64,000 nucleotides of DNA. Source: Escherichia coli. GTDB taxonomy: Bacteria; Pseudomonadota; Gammaproteobacteria; Enterobacterales; Enterobacteriaceae. Shown here one piece after another: positions 33,106 through 44,559 of this stretch; positions within the stretch are counted from its first letter, which is position 1; each line of letters starts with the position of its first letter. The notes below the pieces were generated by a model, which was given only the letters and a program-made list of their open reading frames with translations, made no database searches and was not told the DNA's origin. The position numbers and the translations under genes are program-made. The stretch lies in the NCBI RefSeq assembly GCF_016026235.1, contig NZ_CP065613.1; one strand, written 5' to 3'.

Positions 33106-34239
33106 ATGTCATCACTGAATATTAAACAGGGAAGTGACGCTCATTTTCCCGATTATCCTCTGGCGTCGCCCAGTAATAATGAAATTGATTTACTTAATCT
33201 AATCTCAGTTTTATGGCGGGCCAAAAAAACGGTCATGGCGGTCGTTTTTGCGTTTGCCTGCGCAGGCTTGCTGATCTCTTTCATCCTGCCGCAAAAATGG
33301 ACCAGCGCGGCGGTTGTCACGCCTCCAGAACCTGTTCAGTGGCAAGAGTTGGAGAAAACATTCACTAAGCTTCGTGTGCTGGATCTGGATATCAAAATTG
33401 ATCGTACAGAAGCATTTAACCTGTTTATCAAGAAGTTTCAGTCGGTTAGCTTGCTGGAAGAGTACCTGCGTTCATCACCTTATGTGATGGACCAATTAAA
33501 AGAGGCGAAAATCGACGAACTGGATTTGCATCGCGCAATTGTCGCATTGAGCGAAAAAATGAAAGCGGTTGATGACAATGCCAGTAAGAAAAAAGATGAA
33601 CCGTCACTGTATACCTCCTGGACGCTAAGTTTTACCGCGCCAACCAGTGAAGAGGCGCAGACCGTTTTGAGCGGGTATATCGATTATATCTCTGCGTTGG
33701 TGGTGAAAGAGTCGATAGAAAACGTCCGTAATAAACTGGAGATCAAAACCCAGTTTGAAAAAGAAAAACTGGCTCAGGACCGCATTAAAATGAAAAATCA
33801 ACTTGATGCAAACATTCAGCGCCTCAATTATTCACTCGACATTGCCAACGCGGCAGGAATTAAAAAGCCCGTTTACAGTAATGGTCAGGCCGTTAAAGAT
33901 GACCCCGATTTCTCTATTTCTCTCGGCGCAGACGGTATTGAACGCAAACTGGAAATTGAAAAAGCGGTCACTGACGTTGCGGAACTGAACGGTGAATTAC
34001 GTAATCGTCAGTATCTTGTTGAGCAGTTAACAAAAGCAAATATCAACGATGTGAATTTTACGCCGTTTAAATATCAGTTAAGCCCGTCATTGCCAGTGAA
34101 AAAAGACGGTCCGGGTAAGGCGATTATTGTGATCCTTTCCGCGCTGATCGGCGGGATGGTGGCTTGTGGTAGCGTGTTATTGCGCTATGCGATGGCATCC
34201 AGAAAACAGGATGCCATGATGGCAGACCACTTAGTTTAA
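33106..34239 (+). CDS. fepE: Polysaccharide co-polymerase (Wzz-family) FepE
   Basis: 377-aa ORF with N- and C-terminal transmembrane segments. Confidence 0.9.
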   Translation: MSSLNIKQGSDAHFPDYPLASPSNNEIDLLNLISVLWRAKKTVMAVVFAFACAGLLISFILPQKWTSAAVVTPPEPVQWQELEKTFTKLRVLDLDIKIDRTEAFNLFIKKFQSVSLLEEYLRSSPYVMDQLKEAKIDELDLHRAIVALSEKMKAVDDNASKKKDEPSLYTSWTLSFTAPTSEEAQTVLSGYIDYISALVVKESIENVRNKLEIKTQFEKEKLAQDRIKMKNQLDANIQRLNYSLDIANAAGIKKPVYSNGQAVKDDPDFSISLGADGIERKLEIEKAVTDVAELNGELRNRQYLVEQLTKANINDVNFTPFKYQLSPSLPVKKDGPGKAIIVILSALIGGMVACGSVLLRYAMASRKQDAMMADHLV

Positions 34240-35051
34240 CTATTTGCGGTTGAAGGTGCCGTTCGTCCGAGCGGCACCACGAGCGGCGTTCCGGCTACCG
34301 GATCGTCAATGATCATGCAGCGGAGACCATAAATGCGCTCAATCAGTTCAGCAGTGACAATCTCCTTCGGCGCTCCCTGAGCAACAATTTTCCCTTCTCG
34401 CAATGCAATCAAATGGCTGGCGTAACGACAGGCCTGATTAAGATCGTGCAGCACCGCCGCCAGGGTATAGCCTTTCTCGCGGTTCAGTTCGCTTAACAGT
34501 TCCAGCAAATCAATCTGATGACTGATATCCAGCCAGGTCGTGGGTTCGTCGAGCAGCATAATTGCCGTTTCCTGGGCCAGCACCATCGCGATCCACGCTC
34601 GCTGGCGTTGCCCACCGGAAAGGGTATCCACGCTTTGATCTGCCAGATGAGTTATTCCCGTGGCCTGCATCGCTTTCGTTACCGCTTCTTCATCCTCTTT
34701 GCGCCAGCGGGTAAACAGCGGTTGATGCGGGTAACGTCCACGCGCCACCAGCTCCTGCACGGTGATATCTCCCGGCGTGGTAGCATTCTGCACCAACAGA
34801 CCAATCCGGCGTGCAACCTCTTTACTGGCGTAATGTTGAATGTGCTCGCCATCCAGCCAGACATGCCCATGAGCAGGCGTCATCAGGCGGCTTAAGGTAC
34901 GCAGTAACGTGGATTTACCGCAGCCATTTGGCCCGATAATTGCCGTGAAGTGACCATCAGGTATTTCTACAGTCAGATTTTCCGCAACGGTATATTTGCC
35001 ATATCCGAGGGTTAACTGTTCGCCGCGCAAACGGGCTACTGATTCGGTCAT
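34236..35051 (-). CDS. fepC: Ferric enterobactin ABC transporter ATPase FepC
   Basis: 271-aa reading from MTESVARLRG... with Walker A GPNGCGKST and signature LSGGQRQR. Confidence 0.9.
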   Translation of the reverse strand: MTESVARLRGEQLTLGYGKYTVAENLTVEIPDGHFTAIIGPNGCGKSTLLRTLSRLMTPAHGHVWLDGEHIQHYASKEVARRIGLLVQNATTPGDITVQELVARGRYPHQPLFTRWRKEDEEAVTKAMQATGITHLADQSVDTLSGGQRQRAWIAMVLAQETAIMLLDEPTTWLDISHQIDLLELLSELNREKGYTLAAVLHDLNQACRYASHLIALREGKIVAQGAPKEIVTAELIERIYGLRCMIIDDPVAGTPLVVPLGRTAPSTANS

Positions 35052-36040
35052 TTTTTGCGAGACTCCTGAATTAACAAGACGATAAGGTAAATACCGCCGA
35101 GGCTGACGGTAACGACGCCAACCGGAAGTTGATATGGCATAAACAGTTGCTGAGCGCAAAGATCGGCCGCCAGCAGTAACAACGCCCCGCACAGCGCCGC
35201 CTGGGTTAGCCCCCAGCGAGCGGTGCCGCTAATGCGTCGGGCAATGTGCGGCGCGACTAAAGCAATAAAGGAAATCGGCCCGGCAAGCGCTGTTGCCGCA
35301 GCGGTAAGCACCACTGCAACCAGCATCATTAACAGACGCGAACGTTCGACGCTGACGCCCAGCGCACACGCGGTATCATCGCCCATTTCCAGCAAGCGCA
35401 TCCGGCGTACCAGTAAGGCGGCGGCAATTAGCATCAATATAATGATGGGTGCGGAAGGCGAGGTTTTTGCCCACGTCAGGCCGTTGAGCGATCCGGCATT
35501 CCACAAACCTGCTGTTAGCGCCGTTTCTAAAGACGCTTTCAGCAACAGCCAGGTATTAAAGGCCACCAGCATGGCGCGAACGCCGATACCGATAATAATC
35601 AACCGAAAGGTGTCGATACCGTTACGCCAGGCGAGCAGCCAGACCAACAGCGAAGTGATAATGCCGCCCACCATTGCTGCCAGCGCGATAGCCGTCAGGT
35701 CCTGACCAAACAGCACCATCGCCACCAGCACGCCGCTCCACGCCCCGGTGTTAAAACCCATTACGTCAGGGCTGCCGAGCGGGTTACGCATCAGCGACTG
35801 AAAAATCGCGCCACTGACGCCCAGTGCTGCGCCAATCAACAGCGCCATCAGCACGCGTGGTAAACGCCATTCGGTGACCACCATCGTCATACTGCGCGGC
35901 GCATCGCCCATCAGCGCGGCGAATACCTGCGAGATTTCCAGCGTGACGGCACCGCTGCGTAATCCCCAGATACCTGCAACCACACAGGCGGAAACCAGCA
36001 GCAAACAGGTGATGAGTAATCGGCGAGAGACGTAAATCAT
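35048..36040 (-). CDS. fepG: Ferric enterobactin ABC transporter permease FepG
   Basis: 330-aa polytopic ORF; its stop overlaps the fepC start (ATGA). Confidence 0.9.
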   Translation of the reverse strand: MIYVSRRLLITCLLLVSACVVAGIWGLRSGAVTLEISQVFAALMGDAPRSMTMVVTEWRLPRVLMALLIGAALGVSGAIFQSLMRNPLGSPDVMGFNTGAWSGVLVAMVLFGQDLTAIALAAMVGGIITSLLVWLLAWRNGIDTFRLIIIGIGVRAMLVAFNTWLLLKASLETALTAGLWNAGSLNGLTWAKTSPSAPIIILMLIAAALLVRRMRLLEMGDDTACALGVSVERSRLLMMLVAVVLTAAATALAGPISFIALVAPHIARRISGTARWGLTQAALCGALLLLAADLCAQQLFMPYQLPVGVVTVSLGGIYLIVLLIQESRKK

Positions 36041-37041
36041 GCACCACCTCGCGTTTTACGTCGCACGAGGAAGATCAGCACCGGTGCACCAATAAACGCA
36101 CTGACCACAGAAACGCGCAGTTCACCGGGCACAATCACCCGCCCGATGATATCGGCAAACAGCAGCAGGGCAGGGGTAGCAAGTAGCGTGACGGGCAGCG
36201 ACCAGCGATGATCGGCACCCACCAGCCAACGCGCCATATGCGGCATCATCAGGCCAATAAAGGCAATCGGGCCAACTACTGCCGTCGCACTACCACAAAG
36301 CACGGTAATCGCCAGCAGACCAATCAACTGTGTGCGCGCCACGCGACTGCCCAGCGCCGTCGCGGTGTCACTGCCGAGGCTCAAACTGTTCAGCGCGCGA
36401 CTCAGTAATAGCGCAGTTGCTCCGGCGATCAGCACCGGGATCAGCACCACCTTTAAGGTATGTAGATTGCGAATATCCAGCGAACCGGCTTGCCAGAAAC
36501 GCAGTTGATCGTAGACGTCAGGATTAAGCAGGGCTATGCCGCTGGTCAGCCCTTCCAGCACCGCCGCCAGCGCCACGCCCGCCAGGGTTAAACGCACCGG
36601 ACTTAACTGCCCGCCGCCCTGGCTGCCGGTAAAGGCAACAATCAACGAGGCCACCAGCGCCCCGGCGAAGGCCATCGCCAGTTGTTCCTGTGCGGAAGAG
36701 TAACCAAACAGCGCCGCACCCAGCACAATGGCAAAGCTGGCTCCGGCGTTCACGCCAAGCAAGCCGGGGTCGGCAAGTGGGTTTCGGGTGAGGGTTTGCA
36801 TTAACGCCCCGGCAAGGCCAAGCGCGCCGCCTGCCAGTAAACCGGCAAGGGTGCGCGGCAGTCGCGCGTCAAGCACGATGGTGCAGTCGGCGCTCTGGCA
36901 GGTGCCGGAGAGCGCCTCCAGCACTACGGAAGCGGGGAGTGATTTTGCCCCAATGAGCAGGCTTAATGCCGTCGCGATAATCAGTAATAACAGCAATCCG
37001 GGCACGGCAATGGCGCGTGTCACGGCAACAGAACCAGACAT
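36037..37041 (-). CDS. fepD: Ferric enterobactin ABC transporter permease FepD
   Basis: 334-aa reading from MSGSVAVTRA...; its stop overlaps the fepG start (ATGA). Confidence 0.9.
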   Translation of the reverse strand: MSGSVAVTRAIAVPGLLLLLIIATALSLLIGAKSLPASVVLEALSGTCQSADCTIVLDARLPRTLAGLLAGGALGLAGALMQTLTRNPLADPGLLGVNAGASFAIVLGAALFGYSSAQEQLAMAFAGALVASLIVAFTGSQGGGQLSPVRLTLAGVALAAVLEGLTSGIALLNPDVYDQLRFWQAGSLDIRNLHTLKVVLIPVLIAGATALLLSRALNSLSLGSDTATALGSRVARTQLIGLLAITVLCGSATAVVGPIAFIGLMMPHMARWLVGADHRWSLPVTLLATPALLLFADIIGRVIVPGELRVSVVSAFIGAPVLIFLVRRKTRGGA

Positions 37042-37053
37042 ACGAACTTCCAT

Positions 37054-37081
37054 GATAATGAAATTAATTATCGTTATCGAT
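37054..37081. promoter_or_regulatory. Fur box in the divergent fepD / entS promoter region
   Basis: GATAATGAAATTAATTATCGTTATCGAT, a close match to the GATAATGATAATCATTATC consensus. Confidence 0.65.
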
Positions 37082-37151
37082 CTTATTTGGATATGTTAGC
37101 ATGTGCAGCCTAAGAATAGGTATTTAAAATATTTGATGGCAAGGCATTGTA

Positions 37152-38402
37152 ATGAATAAACAATCCTGGCTGCTTAACCTCAGCCTGTTGAAAACGCACC
37201 CGGCGTTTCGCGCAGTATTCCTCGCTCGTTTCATCTCTATTGTTTCTCTGGGTTTGCTCGGCGTCGCGGTGCCGGTGCAGATCCAGATGATGACACATTC
37301 CACCTGGCAGGTGGGGCTTTCGGTGACGCTGACCGGCGGCGCGATGTTTGTTGGCCTGATGGTCGGCGGTGTGCTGGCGGATCGCTATGAGCGCAAAAAA
37401 GTGATTTTGCTGGCGCGCGGCACCTGTGGCATTGGCTTCATTGGACTGTGCCTGAACGCGCTGCTGCCGGAGCCGTCATTGCTGGCAATCTATTTACTTG
37501 GTTTATGGGATGGTTTTTTCGCATCGCTTGGCGTTACGGCGCTATTGGCGGCGACACCAGCACTGGTAGGGCGTGAAAACTTAATGCAGGCCGGGGCGAT
37601 CACCATGTTGACCGTGCGTCTGGGGTCGGTGATTTCGCCCATGATTGGCGGTTTATTGCTGGCGACCGGTGGCGTAGCCTGGAACTACGGGCTGGCGGCG
37701 GCGGGCACGTTTATTACCTTGCTACCGTTGTTAAGCCTTCCGGCGTTGCCACCGCCACCACAGCCGCGCGAGCATCCGTTGAAATCATTACTGGCAGGAT
37801 TTCGTTTTCTGCTCGCCAGCCCGCTGGTAGGAGGGATTGCGTTGCTGGGTGGTTTATTGACGATGGCGAGCGCGGTGCGGGTACTGTATCCGGCGCTGGC
37901 TGACAACTGGCAGATGTCGGCGGCACAGATTGGTTTTCTCTATGCGGCGATCCCGCTCGGTGCGGCTATTGGCGCGTTAACCAGCGGGAAGCTGGCACAT
38001 AGCGCGCGACCAGGGTTATTGATGCTGCTCTCCACGCTGGGATCGTTCCTCACCATTGGTCTGTTTGGCCTGATGCCGATGTGGATTTTAGGCGTGGTTT
38101 GTCTGGCGCTGTTCGGCTGGCTGAGCGCGGTTAGTTCGTTGCTGCAATATACAATGCTGCAAACGCAAACTCCGGAAGCGATGTTAGGGCGGATTAACGG
38201 TTTGTGGACGGCGCAAAACGTGACGGGCGATGCCATAGGCGCGGCGCTGCTGGGCGGTTTGGGCGCGATGATGACACCGGTTGCTTCCGCAAGCGCAAGC
38301 GGTTTTGGTTTGTTGATTATCGGCGTGTTGTTATTGCTGGTGCTGGTGGAGTTGCGACGTTTTCGCCAGACGCCGCCGCAGGTGACAGCGTCCGACAGTT
38401 AA
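37152..38402 (+). CDS. entS: Enterobactin exporter EntS (MFS)
   Basis: 416-aa ORF with 12 predicted transmembrane segments. Confidence 0.9.
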   Translation: MNKQSWLLNLSLLKTHPAFRAVFLARFISIVSLGLLGVAVPVQIQMMTHSTWQVGLSVTLTGGAMFVGLMVGGVLADRYERKKVILLARGTCGIGFIGLCLNALLPEPSLLAIYLLGLWDGFFASLGVTALLAATPALVGRENLMQAGAITMLTVRLGSVISPMIGGLLLATGGVAWNYGLAAAGTFITLLPLLSLPALPPPPQPREHPLKSLLAGFRFLLASPLVGGIALLGGLLTMASAVRVLYPALADNWQMSAAQIGFLYAAIPLGAAIGALTSGKLAHSARPGLLMLLSTLGSFLTIGLFGLMPMWILGVVCLALFGWLSAVSSLLQYTMLQTQTPEAMLGRINGLWTAQNVTGDAIGAALLGGLGAMMTPVASASASGFGLLIIGVLLLLVLVELRRFRQTPPQVTASDS

Positions 38403-38405
38403 TGC

Positions 38406-39362
38406 TTAAAACAGCGCCTTAAGCCGTTCCAGCACTTGCATGGCGCTGTAGTAATCCAGACGGAACGTCTCGGTTCCCAGCGCATAAACCTGCTTGTTTT
38501 GTACTGCGGGCAGGTGCGCGAGCAGTGGATTGGCATAAATCGCATCGGCATCTTTCTGATCACCAGCGAACAGGAATAGCGATTCACCGTTTAACCCAGC
38601 AGCCAGATTTTCCCCACCAAGCTGAATGATGTCATGGCGTTTACCCTGGCTTTGGCTGGCATTTAACCCTGCGGGTAACTTCGCCAGCGTAAAGCCGAGT
38701 TGTTCCAGCATCTGCCCTTGTGCTGATTCCGGCGTCCAGAGATTGGCACTGTGTGCAGCGGCGGTATAGACAATGGCAGTGACCGGCTGCGGCGGTAATT
38801 TGATTTGCTCTTTCGCCGCGGCCAGTTGCTTATCAAACTGCGCAATCCGCTCTGCCGCTTGTTTCTCATGCCCGGTAATTTCGCCAAGTTGCGTTAACAG
38901 CGCCTGCCAGCTTTTGTCGTCGTAATTGATGATTAATGTCGGGGCGATGGTGGAAAGCTGATCATACAGTGCCAGCGCCGAATCGCCGCCGGTTGCGCTA
39001 ATTAAAATCAGATCCGGCATTTGCGCGGCAACGGCTTCGGCGCTCGGTTCGCCGATATAGAGCCGTTGCAGTTTGCGTTCTTTCGCCACCTTGCTCCACT
39101 GGCGTAAAAAGCCCTGGTCATCCGCGACGCGGTTATTCGGCGTGGTCGCGCCGCTGGCGATCACCGGAACATCAATCGCCAGCAGTGAGCCGGTCAGGGT
39201 GACGCTGGTGGAAACAATACGCTGCGGCTGGCTTTCCAGGGTATGAATGCCACGGCTGTCAGTAATCTGACGCGGCCAGTCGGCGGCCTGAACTGCGGCT
39301 ATTCCTGAAAGCAAAAGTCCTGTTAATAGAAGGGCGTTGCGGTAGAGCGGGGCGAGTCTCAC
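38406..39362 (-). CDS. fepB: Periplasmic ferric enterobactin-binding protein FepB
   Basis: 318-aa ORF with a signal peptide; convergent with entS. Confidence 0.9.
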   Translation of the reverse strand: MRLAPLYRNALLLTGLLLSGIAAVQAADWPRQITDSRGIHTLESQPQRIVSTSVTLTGSLLAIDVPVIASGATTPNNRVADDQGFLRQWSKVAKERKLQRLYIGEPSAEAVAAQMPDLILISATGGDSALALYDQLSTIAPTLIINYDDKSWQALLTQLGEITGHEKQAAERIAQFDKQLAAAKEQIKLPPQPVTAIVYTAAAHSANLWTPESAQGQMLEQLGFTLAKLPAGLNASQSQGKRHDIIQLGGENLAAGLNGESLFLFAGDQKDADAIYANPLLAHLPAVQNKQVYALGTETFRLDYYSAMQVLERLKALF

Positions 39363-39502
39363 AAATCAGCTTCCTGTTATTAATGAAGTTAATGCTTCTC
39401 ATTTTCATTGTAACCACAACCAGATGCAACCCCGAGTTGCAGATTGCGTTACCTCAAGAGTTGACATAGTGCGCGTTTGCTTTTAGGTTAGCGACCGAAA
39501 AT

Positions 39503-39523
39503 ATAAATGATAATCATTATTAA
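39503..39523. promoter_or_regulatory. Fur box in the divergent fepB / entC promoter region
   Basis: ATAAATGATAATCATTATTAA, a near-consensus Fur box. Confidence 0.7.
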
Positions 39524-39550
39524 AGCCTTTATCATTTTGTGGAGGATGAT

Positions 39551-40726
39551 ATGGATACGTCACTGGCTGAGGAAGTACAGCAGACCATGGCAACACTTGC
39601 GCCCAATCGCTTTTTCTTTATGTCGCCGTACCGCAGTTTTACGACGTCAGGATGTTTCGCCCGCTTCGATGAACCGGCTGTGAACGGGGATTCGCCCGAC
39701 AGTCCCTTCCAGCAAAAACTCGCCGCGCTGTTTGCCGATGCCAAAGCGCAGGGCATCAAAAATCCGGTGATGGTTGGGGCGATTCCCTTCGATCCACGTC
39801 AGCCTTCGTCGCTGTATATTCCCGAATCCTGGCAGTCGTTCTCCCGTCAGGAAAAACAAGCTTCCGCACGCCGTTTCACCCGCAGCCAGTTGCTGAATGT
39901 GGTGGAACGTCAGGCAATTCCGGAACAAACCACGTTTGAACAGATGGTTGCCCGCGCCGCCGCACTTACCGCCACGCCGCAGGTCGACAAAGTGGTGTTG
40001 TCACGGTTGATTGATATCACCACTGACGCCGCCATTGATAGTGGCGTATTGCTGGAACGGTTGATTGCGCAAAACCCAGTTAGTTACAACTTCCATGTGC
40101 CGTTGGCAGATGGTGGCGTTCTGCTGGGGGCCAGCCCGGAACTGCTGCTACGTAAAGACGGCGAGCGTTTTAGCTCCATTCCGTTAGCCGGTTCCGCGCG
40201 TCGTCAGCCGGATGAAGTGCTCGATCGCGAAGCGGGTAATCGTCTGCTGGCGTCAGAAAAAGATCGCCATGAACATGAACTGGTGACTCAGGCGATGAAA
40301 GAGGTACTGCGCGAACGCAGTAGTGAGTTACACGTTCCCTCCTCTCCACAATTGATTACCACGCCGACGCTGTGGCATCTCGCAACTCCCTTTGAAGGTA
40401 AAGCGAATTCGCAAGAAAACGCACTGACTCTGGCCTGTCTGCTGCATCCGACCCCCGCGCTGAGCGGTTTCCCGCATCAGGCCGCGACCCAGGTTATTGC
40501 TGAACTGGAACCGTTCGACCGCGAACTGTTTGGCGGCATTGTGGGTTGGTGTGACAGCGAAGGTAACGGCGAATGGGTGGTGACCATCCGTTGCGCGAAG
40601 CTGCGGGAAAATCAGGTGCGCCTGTTTGCCGGAGCGGGGATTGTGCCTGCGTCGTCACCGTTGGGTGAGTGGCGCGAAACAGGCGTCAAACTTTCTACCA
40701 TGTTGAACGTTTTTGGATTGCATTAA
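39551..40726 (+). CDS. entC: Isochorismate synthase EntC
   Basis: 391-aa reading from [11 protein letters not shown]... (the track ORF starts four codons upstream). Confidence 0.9.
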   Translation: MDTSLAEEVQQTMATLAPNRFFFMSPYRSFTTSGCFARFDEPAVNGDSPDSPFQQKLAALFADAKAQGIKNPVMVGAIPFDPRQPSSLYIPESWQSFSRQEKQASARRFTRSQLLNVVERQAIPEQTTFEQMVARAAALTATPQVDKVVLSRLIDITTDAAIDSGVLLERLIAQNPVSYNFHVPLADGGVLLGASPELLLRKDGERFSSIPLAGSARRQPDEVLDREAGNRLLASEKDRHEHELVTQAMKEVLRERSSELHVPSSPQLITTPTLWHLATPFEGKANSQENALTLACLLHPTPALSGFPHQAATQVIAELEPFDRELFGGIVGWCDSEGNGEWVVTIRCAKLRENQVRLFAGAGIVPASSPLGEWRETGVKLSTMLNVFGLH

Positions 40727-40735
40727 GGAGCGAGG

Positions 40736-42346
40736 ATGAGCATTCCATTCACCCGCTGGCCGGAAGAGTTTGCCCGTCGCTATCGGGAAAAAGGCTACTG
40801 GCAGGATTTGCCGCTGACCGACATTCTGACTCGCCACGCTGCGAGTGACAGCATCGCGGTTATCGACGGCGAGCGACAGTTGAGTTATCGGGAGCTGAAT
40901 CAGGCGGCGGATAACCTCGCGTGTAGTTTACGCCGTCAGGGCATTAAACCTGGTGAAACCGCGCTGGTACAACTGGGTAACGTTGCTGAATTGTATATTA
41001 CCTTTTTCGCGCTGCTGAAACTGGGCGTTGCGCCGGTGCTGGCGTTGTTCAGCCATCAGCGTAGTGAACTGAACGCCTATGCCAGCCAGATTGAACCCGC
41101 ATTGCTGATTGCCGATCGCCAACATGCGCTGTTTAGCGGGGATGATTTCCTCAACACATTTGTTGCAGAGCATTCTTCCATTCGCGTGGTGCAGCTACTC
41201 AACGACAGCGGTGAGCATAACTTGCAGGATGCGATTAACCATCCGGCAGACGGTTTTACTGCTACGCCGTCACCTGCTGATGAAGTGGCCTATTTCCAGC
41301 TTTCCGGCGGCACCACCGGTACACCAAAGCTGATCCCGCGCACTCATAACGACTACTACTACAGCGTGCGTCGTAGCGTCGAGATTTGTCAGTTCACACA
41401 ACAGACACGCTACCTGTGCGCGATCCCGGCGGCTCATAACTACGCTATGAGTTCGCCAGGATCGCTGGGCGTCTTTCTTGCCGGAGGAACGGTTGTTCTG
41501 GCGGCCGATCCCAGCGCCACGCTTTGCTTCCCATTGATTGAAAAACATCAGATTAACGTTACCGCGCTGGTGCCGCCGGCAGTCAGCCTGTGGTTGCAGG
41601 CGCTGACCGAAGGCGAAAGCCGGGCGCAGCTTGCCTCGCTGAAACTGTTACAGGTCGGTGGCGCACGTCTTTCTGCCACGCTTGCGGCGCGTATTCCCGC
41701 TGAGATTGGTTGCCAGTTGCAGCAGGTGTTTGGTATGGCGGAAGGGCTGGTGAACTATACCCGTCTTGATGATAGCGCGGAGAAAATTATCCATACCCAG
41801 GGTTACCCAATGTGTCCGGATGACGAAGTATGGGTTGCCGATGCCGAAGGAAATCCACTGCCGCAAGGGGAAGTCGGACGACTGATGACGCGCGGGCCGT
41901 ATACCTTCCGTGGCTATTACAAAAGCCCGCAGCACAATGCCAGCGCCTTTGATGCCAACGGTTTTTACTGTTCCGGCGATCTGATCTCTATTGATCCAGA
42001 GGGTTACATCACCGTGCAGGGGCGCGAGAAAGATCAGATCAACCGTGGCGGCGAGAAGATCGCTGTCGAAGAGATCGAAAACCTGTTGCTGCGCCATCCG
42101 GCGGTGATCTACGCCGCACTGGTCAGTATGGAAGATGAGCTGATGGGCGAAAAAAGCTGTGCTTATCTGGTGGTAAAAGAGCCGCTGCGCGCGGTGCAGG
42201 TGCGTCGTTTCCTGCGTGAACAGGGTATTGCCGAATTTAAATTACCGGATCGCGTGGAGTGTGTGGATTCACTTCCGCTGACGGCGGTCGGGAAAGTCGA
42301 TAAAAAACAATTACGTCAGTGGCTGGCGTCACGCGCGTCAGCCTGA
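40736..42346 (+). CDS. entE: 2,3-dihydroxybenzoate-AMP ligase EntE
   Basis: 536-aa ORF with adenylation motifs (SGGTTGTPK). Confidence 0.95.
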   Translation: MSIPFTRWPEEFARRYREKGYWQDLPLTDILTRHAASDSIAVIDGERQLSYRELNQAADNLACSLRRQGIKPGETALVQLGNVAELYITFFALLKLGVAPVLALFSHQRSELNAYASQIEPALLIADRQHALFSGDDFLNTFVAEHSSIRVVQLLNDSGEHNLQDAINHPADGFTATPSPADEVAYFQLSGGTTGTPKLIPRTHNDYYYSVRRSVEICQFTQQTRYLCAIPAAHNYAMSSPGSLGVFLAGGTVVLAADPSATLCFPLIEKHQINVTALVPPAVSLWLQALTEGESRAQLASLKLLQVGGARLSATLAARIPAEIGCQLQQVFGMAEGLVNYTRLDDSAEKIIHTQGYPMCPDDEVWVADAEGNPLPQGEVGRLMTRGPYTFRGYYKSPQHNASAFDANGFYCSGDLISIDPEGYITVQGREKDQINRGGEKIAVEEIENLLLRHPAVIYAALVSMEDELMGEKSCAYLVVKEPLRAVQVRRFLREQGIAEFKLPDRVECVDSLPLTAVGKVDKKQLRQWLASRASA

Positions 42347-42359
42347 AGGAGAGAACACG

Positions 42360-43217
42360 ATGGCTATTCCAAAATTACAGGCTTACGCACTGCCGGAGTC
42401 TCACGATATCCCTAAGAATAAAGTCGACTGGGCCTTTGAACCGCAACGTGCCGCGTTGTTAATCCATGATATGCAGGACTATTTTGTCAGCTTCTGGGGT
42501 GAGAACTGCCCGATGATGGCGCAGGTGATCGCGAATATTGCTGCGCTGCGCGACTACTGCAAACAGCACAATATCCCGGTTTATTACACCGCCCAGCCGA
42601 AAGAGCAAAGCGATGAAGATAGGGCGCTGTTGAATGATATGTGGGGGCCGGGCCTGACCCGTTCGCCGGAACAGCAAAAGGTGGTGGATCGCCTGACGCC
42701 AGATGCCGACGACACGGTGCTGGTGAAGTGGCGCTACAGCGCGTTTCATCGTTCTCCGCTGGAGCAAATGCTCAAAGAGAGTGGACGTAACCAGCTGATT
42801 ATTACCGGGGTATATGCCCACATTGGCTGTATGACCACCGCAACCGACGCATTTATGCGCGATATTAAACCGTTTATGGTGGCGGATGCGCTGGCCGATT
42901 TCAGCCGTGACGAGCATTTGATGTCGCTGAAATATGTGGCCGGACGTTCTGGCCGGGTGGTGATGACCGAAGAATTACTGCCAGCACCTATCCCCGCCAG
43001 CAAAGCGGCGCTGCGTGAGGTGATCCTGCCGTTGCTGGACGAGTCCGATGAACCGTTCGATGACGACAACCTGATCGACTACGGTCTGGATTCGGTGCGC
43101 ATGATGGCGCTGGCGGCGCGCTGGCGCAAAGTGCATGGCGATATCGACTTTGTCATGCTGGCGAAAAACCCGACCATCGACGCCTGGTGGAAGCTACTCT
43201 CCCGCGAGGTGAAATAA
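42360..43217 (+). CDS. entB: Isochorismatase / aryl carrier protein EntB
   Basis: 285-aa ORF with an isochorismatase domain and a C-terminal carrier domain (GLDSVRMM). Confidence 0.95.
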   Translation: MAIPKLQAYALPESHDIPKNKVDWAFEPQRAALLIHDMQDYFVSFWGENCPMMAQVIANIAALRDYCKQHNIPVYYTAQPKEQSDEDRALLNDMWGPGLTRSPEQQKVVDRLTPDADDTVLVKWRYSAFHRSPLEQMLKESGRNQLIITGVYAHIGCMTTATDAFMRDIKPFMVADALADFSRDEHLMSLKYVAGRSGRVVMTEELLPAPIPASKAALREVILPLLDESDEPFDDDNLIDYGLDSVRMMALAARWRKVHGDIDFVMLAKNPTIDAWWKLLSREVK

Positions 43218-43963
43218 TGGATTTCAGCGGTAAAAATGTCTGGGTAACCGGCGCAGGTAAAGGTATCGGCTACGCCACGGCGCTGGCGTTTGTTGAGGCG
43301 GGAGCGAAAGTTACAGGTTTTGATCAAGCGTTCACTCAGGAGCAATATCCCTTTGCGACCGAAGTGATGGATGTTGCCGACGCTGCGCAGGTGGTGCAAG
43401 TGTGTCAGCGACTGTTAGCTGAAACGGAGCGACTGGACGCGCTGGTCAATGCGGCGGGAATTTTACGCATGGGCGCGACAGACCAACTGAGCAAAGAGGA
43501 CTGGCAGCAGACTTTTGCGGTTAACGTCGGCGGTGCGTTTAACCTGTTTCAGCAAACCATGAACCAGTTTCGCCGTCAGCGGGGCGGGGCGATTGTCACT
43601 GTGGCGTCCGACGCCGCACACACGCCGCGTATTGGTATGAGTGCTTATGGCGCATCGAAAGCGGCGCTGAAAAGCCTGGCGTTGAGCGTCGGGCTGGAAC
43701 TGGCGGGTAGCGGCGTGCGCTGTAATGTGGTTTCGCCTGGCTCCACCGACACCGATATGCAACGCACGCTGTGGGTGAGCGATGACGCCGAAGAACAGCG
43801 TATTCGCGGCTTTGGCGAGCAGTTTAAACTCGGCATTCCGCTGGGGAAAATCGCCCGTCCACAAGAGATCGCCAACACGATTTTGTTCCTCGCCTCTGAC
43901 CTCGCCAGCCATATCACCCTACAGGATATTGTGGTCGATGGCGGCTCAACGCTGGGGGCATAA
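43217..43963 (+). CDS. entA: 2,3-dihydro-2,3-dihydroxybenzoate dehydrogenase EntA (SDR)
   Basis: 248-aa reading from [18 protein letters not shown]; the start overlaps the entB stop by 1 nt. Confidence 0.9.
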   Translation: MDFSGKNVWVTGAGKGIGYATALAFVEAGAKVTGFDQAFTQEQYPFATEVMDVADAAQVVQVCQRLLAETERLDALVNAAGILRMGATDQLSKEDWQQTFAVNVGGAFNLFQQTMNQFRRQRGGAIVTVASDAAHTPRIGMSAYGASKAALKSLALSVGLELAGSGVRCNVVSPGSTDTDMQRTLWVSDDAEEQRIRGFGEQFKLGIPLGKIARPQEIANTILFLASDLASHITLQDIVVDGGSTLGA

Positions 43964-43965
43964 GC

Positions 43966-44379
43966 ATGATCTGGAAACGCCATTTTACGCTCGACGAACT
44001 GAACTCTACCAGCGATAACACAATGGTAGCGCATCTGGGAATTGTGTATACCCGTCTGGGCGATGATGTGCTGGAAGCCGAAATGCCGGTTGATACCCGT
44101 ACTCATCAGCCGTTTGGCCTGCTGCATGGCGGTGCGTCGGCGGCGCTGGCTGAAACGCTGGGATCGATGGCCGGATTTATGATGACCCGCGACGGGCAGT
44201 GTGTGGTGGGCACGGAACTTAACGCCACACATCATCGCCCGGTGTCTGAAGGCAAGGTACGCGGCGTCTGCCAGCCGCTGCATCTTGGGCGGCAAAATCA
44301 GAGCTGGGAAATCGTCGTTTTCGATGAACAGGGGCGGCGTTGCTGCACTTGTCGGCTGGGTACGGCAGTTTTGGGATGA
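43966..44379 (+). CDS. entH: Hotdog-fold proofreading thioesterase EntH (YbdB)
   Basis: 137-aa ORF immediately after entA. Confidence 0.85.
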   Translation: MIWKRHFTLDELNSTSDNTMVAHLGIVYTRLGDDVLEAEMPVDTRTHQPFGLLHGGASAALAETLGSMAGFMMTRDGQCVVGTELNATHHRPVSEGKVRGVCQPLHLGRQNQSWEIVVFDEQGRRCCTCRLGTAVLG

Positions 44380-44424
44380 GCCCGACAGAATTAAATGAGA
44401 TTGCAGGAAAACTCGGTTAACGGA

Positions 44425-44439
44425 GTGATCGAGTTAACA
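44425..44439. promoter_or_regulatory. Candidate CRP half-site pair upstream of cstA
   Basis: GTGATCGAGTTAACA resembles TGTGA-N6-TCACA; cstA is a carbon-starvation gene, so a CRP site is plausible. Confidence 0.3.
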
Positions 44440-44559
44440 TTGTTAAGTTAAATATTGGTTTCAACTCCGATTTACATGGTTGCCGTGTTGTTAAATCGTA
44501 CAAAGATGTTATAGAAACAAAATGTAACATCTCTATGGACACGCACACGGATAACAACT

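Noticed and set aside
43645-44295. 216-aa minus-strand ORF opposite entA/entH
   Set aside because: Antisense to two conserved ent genes; no start-codon context or motif.
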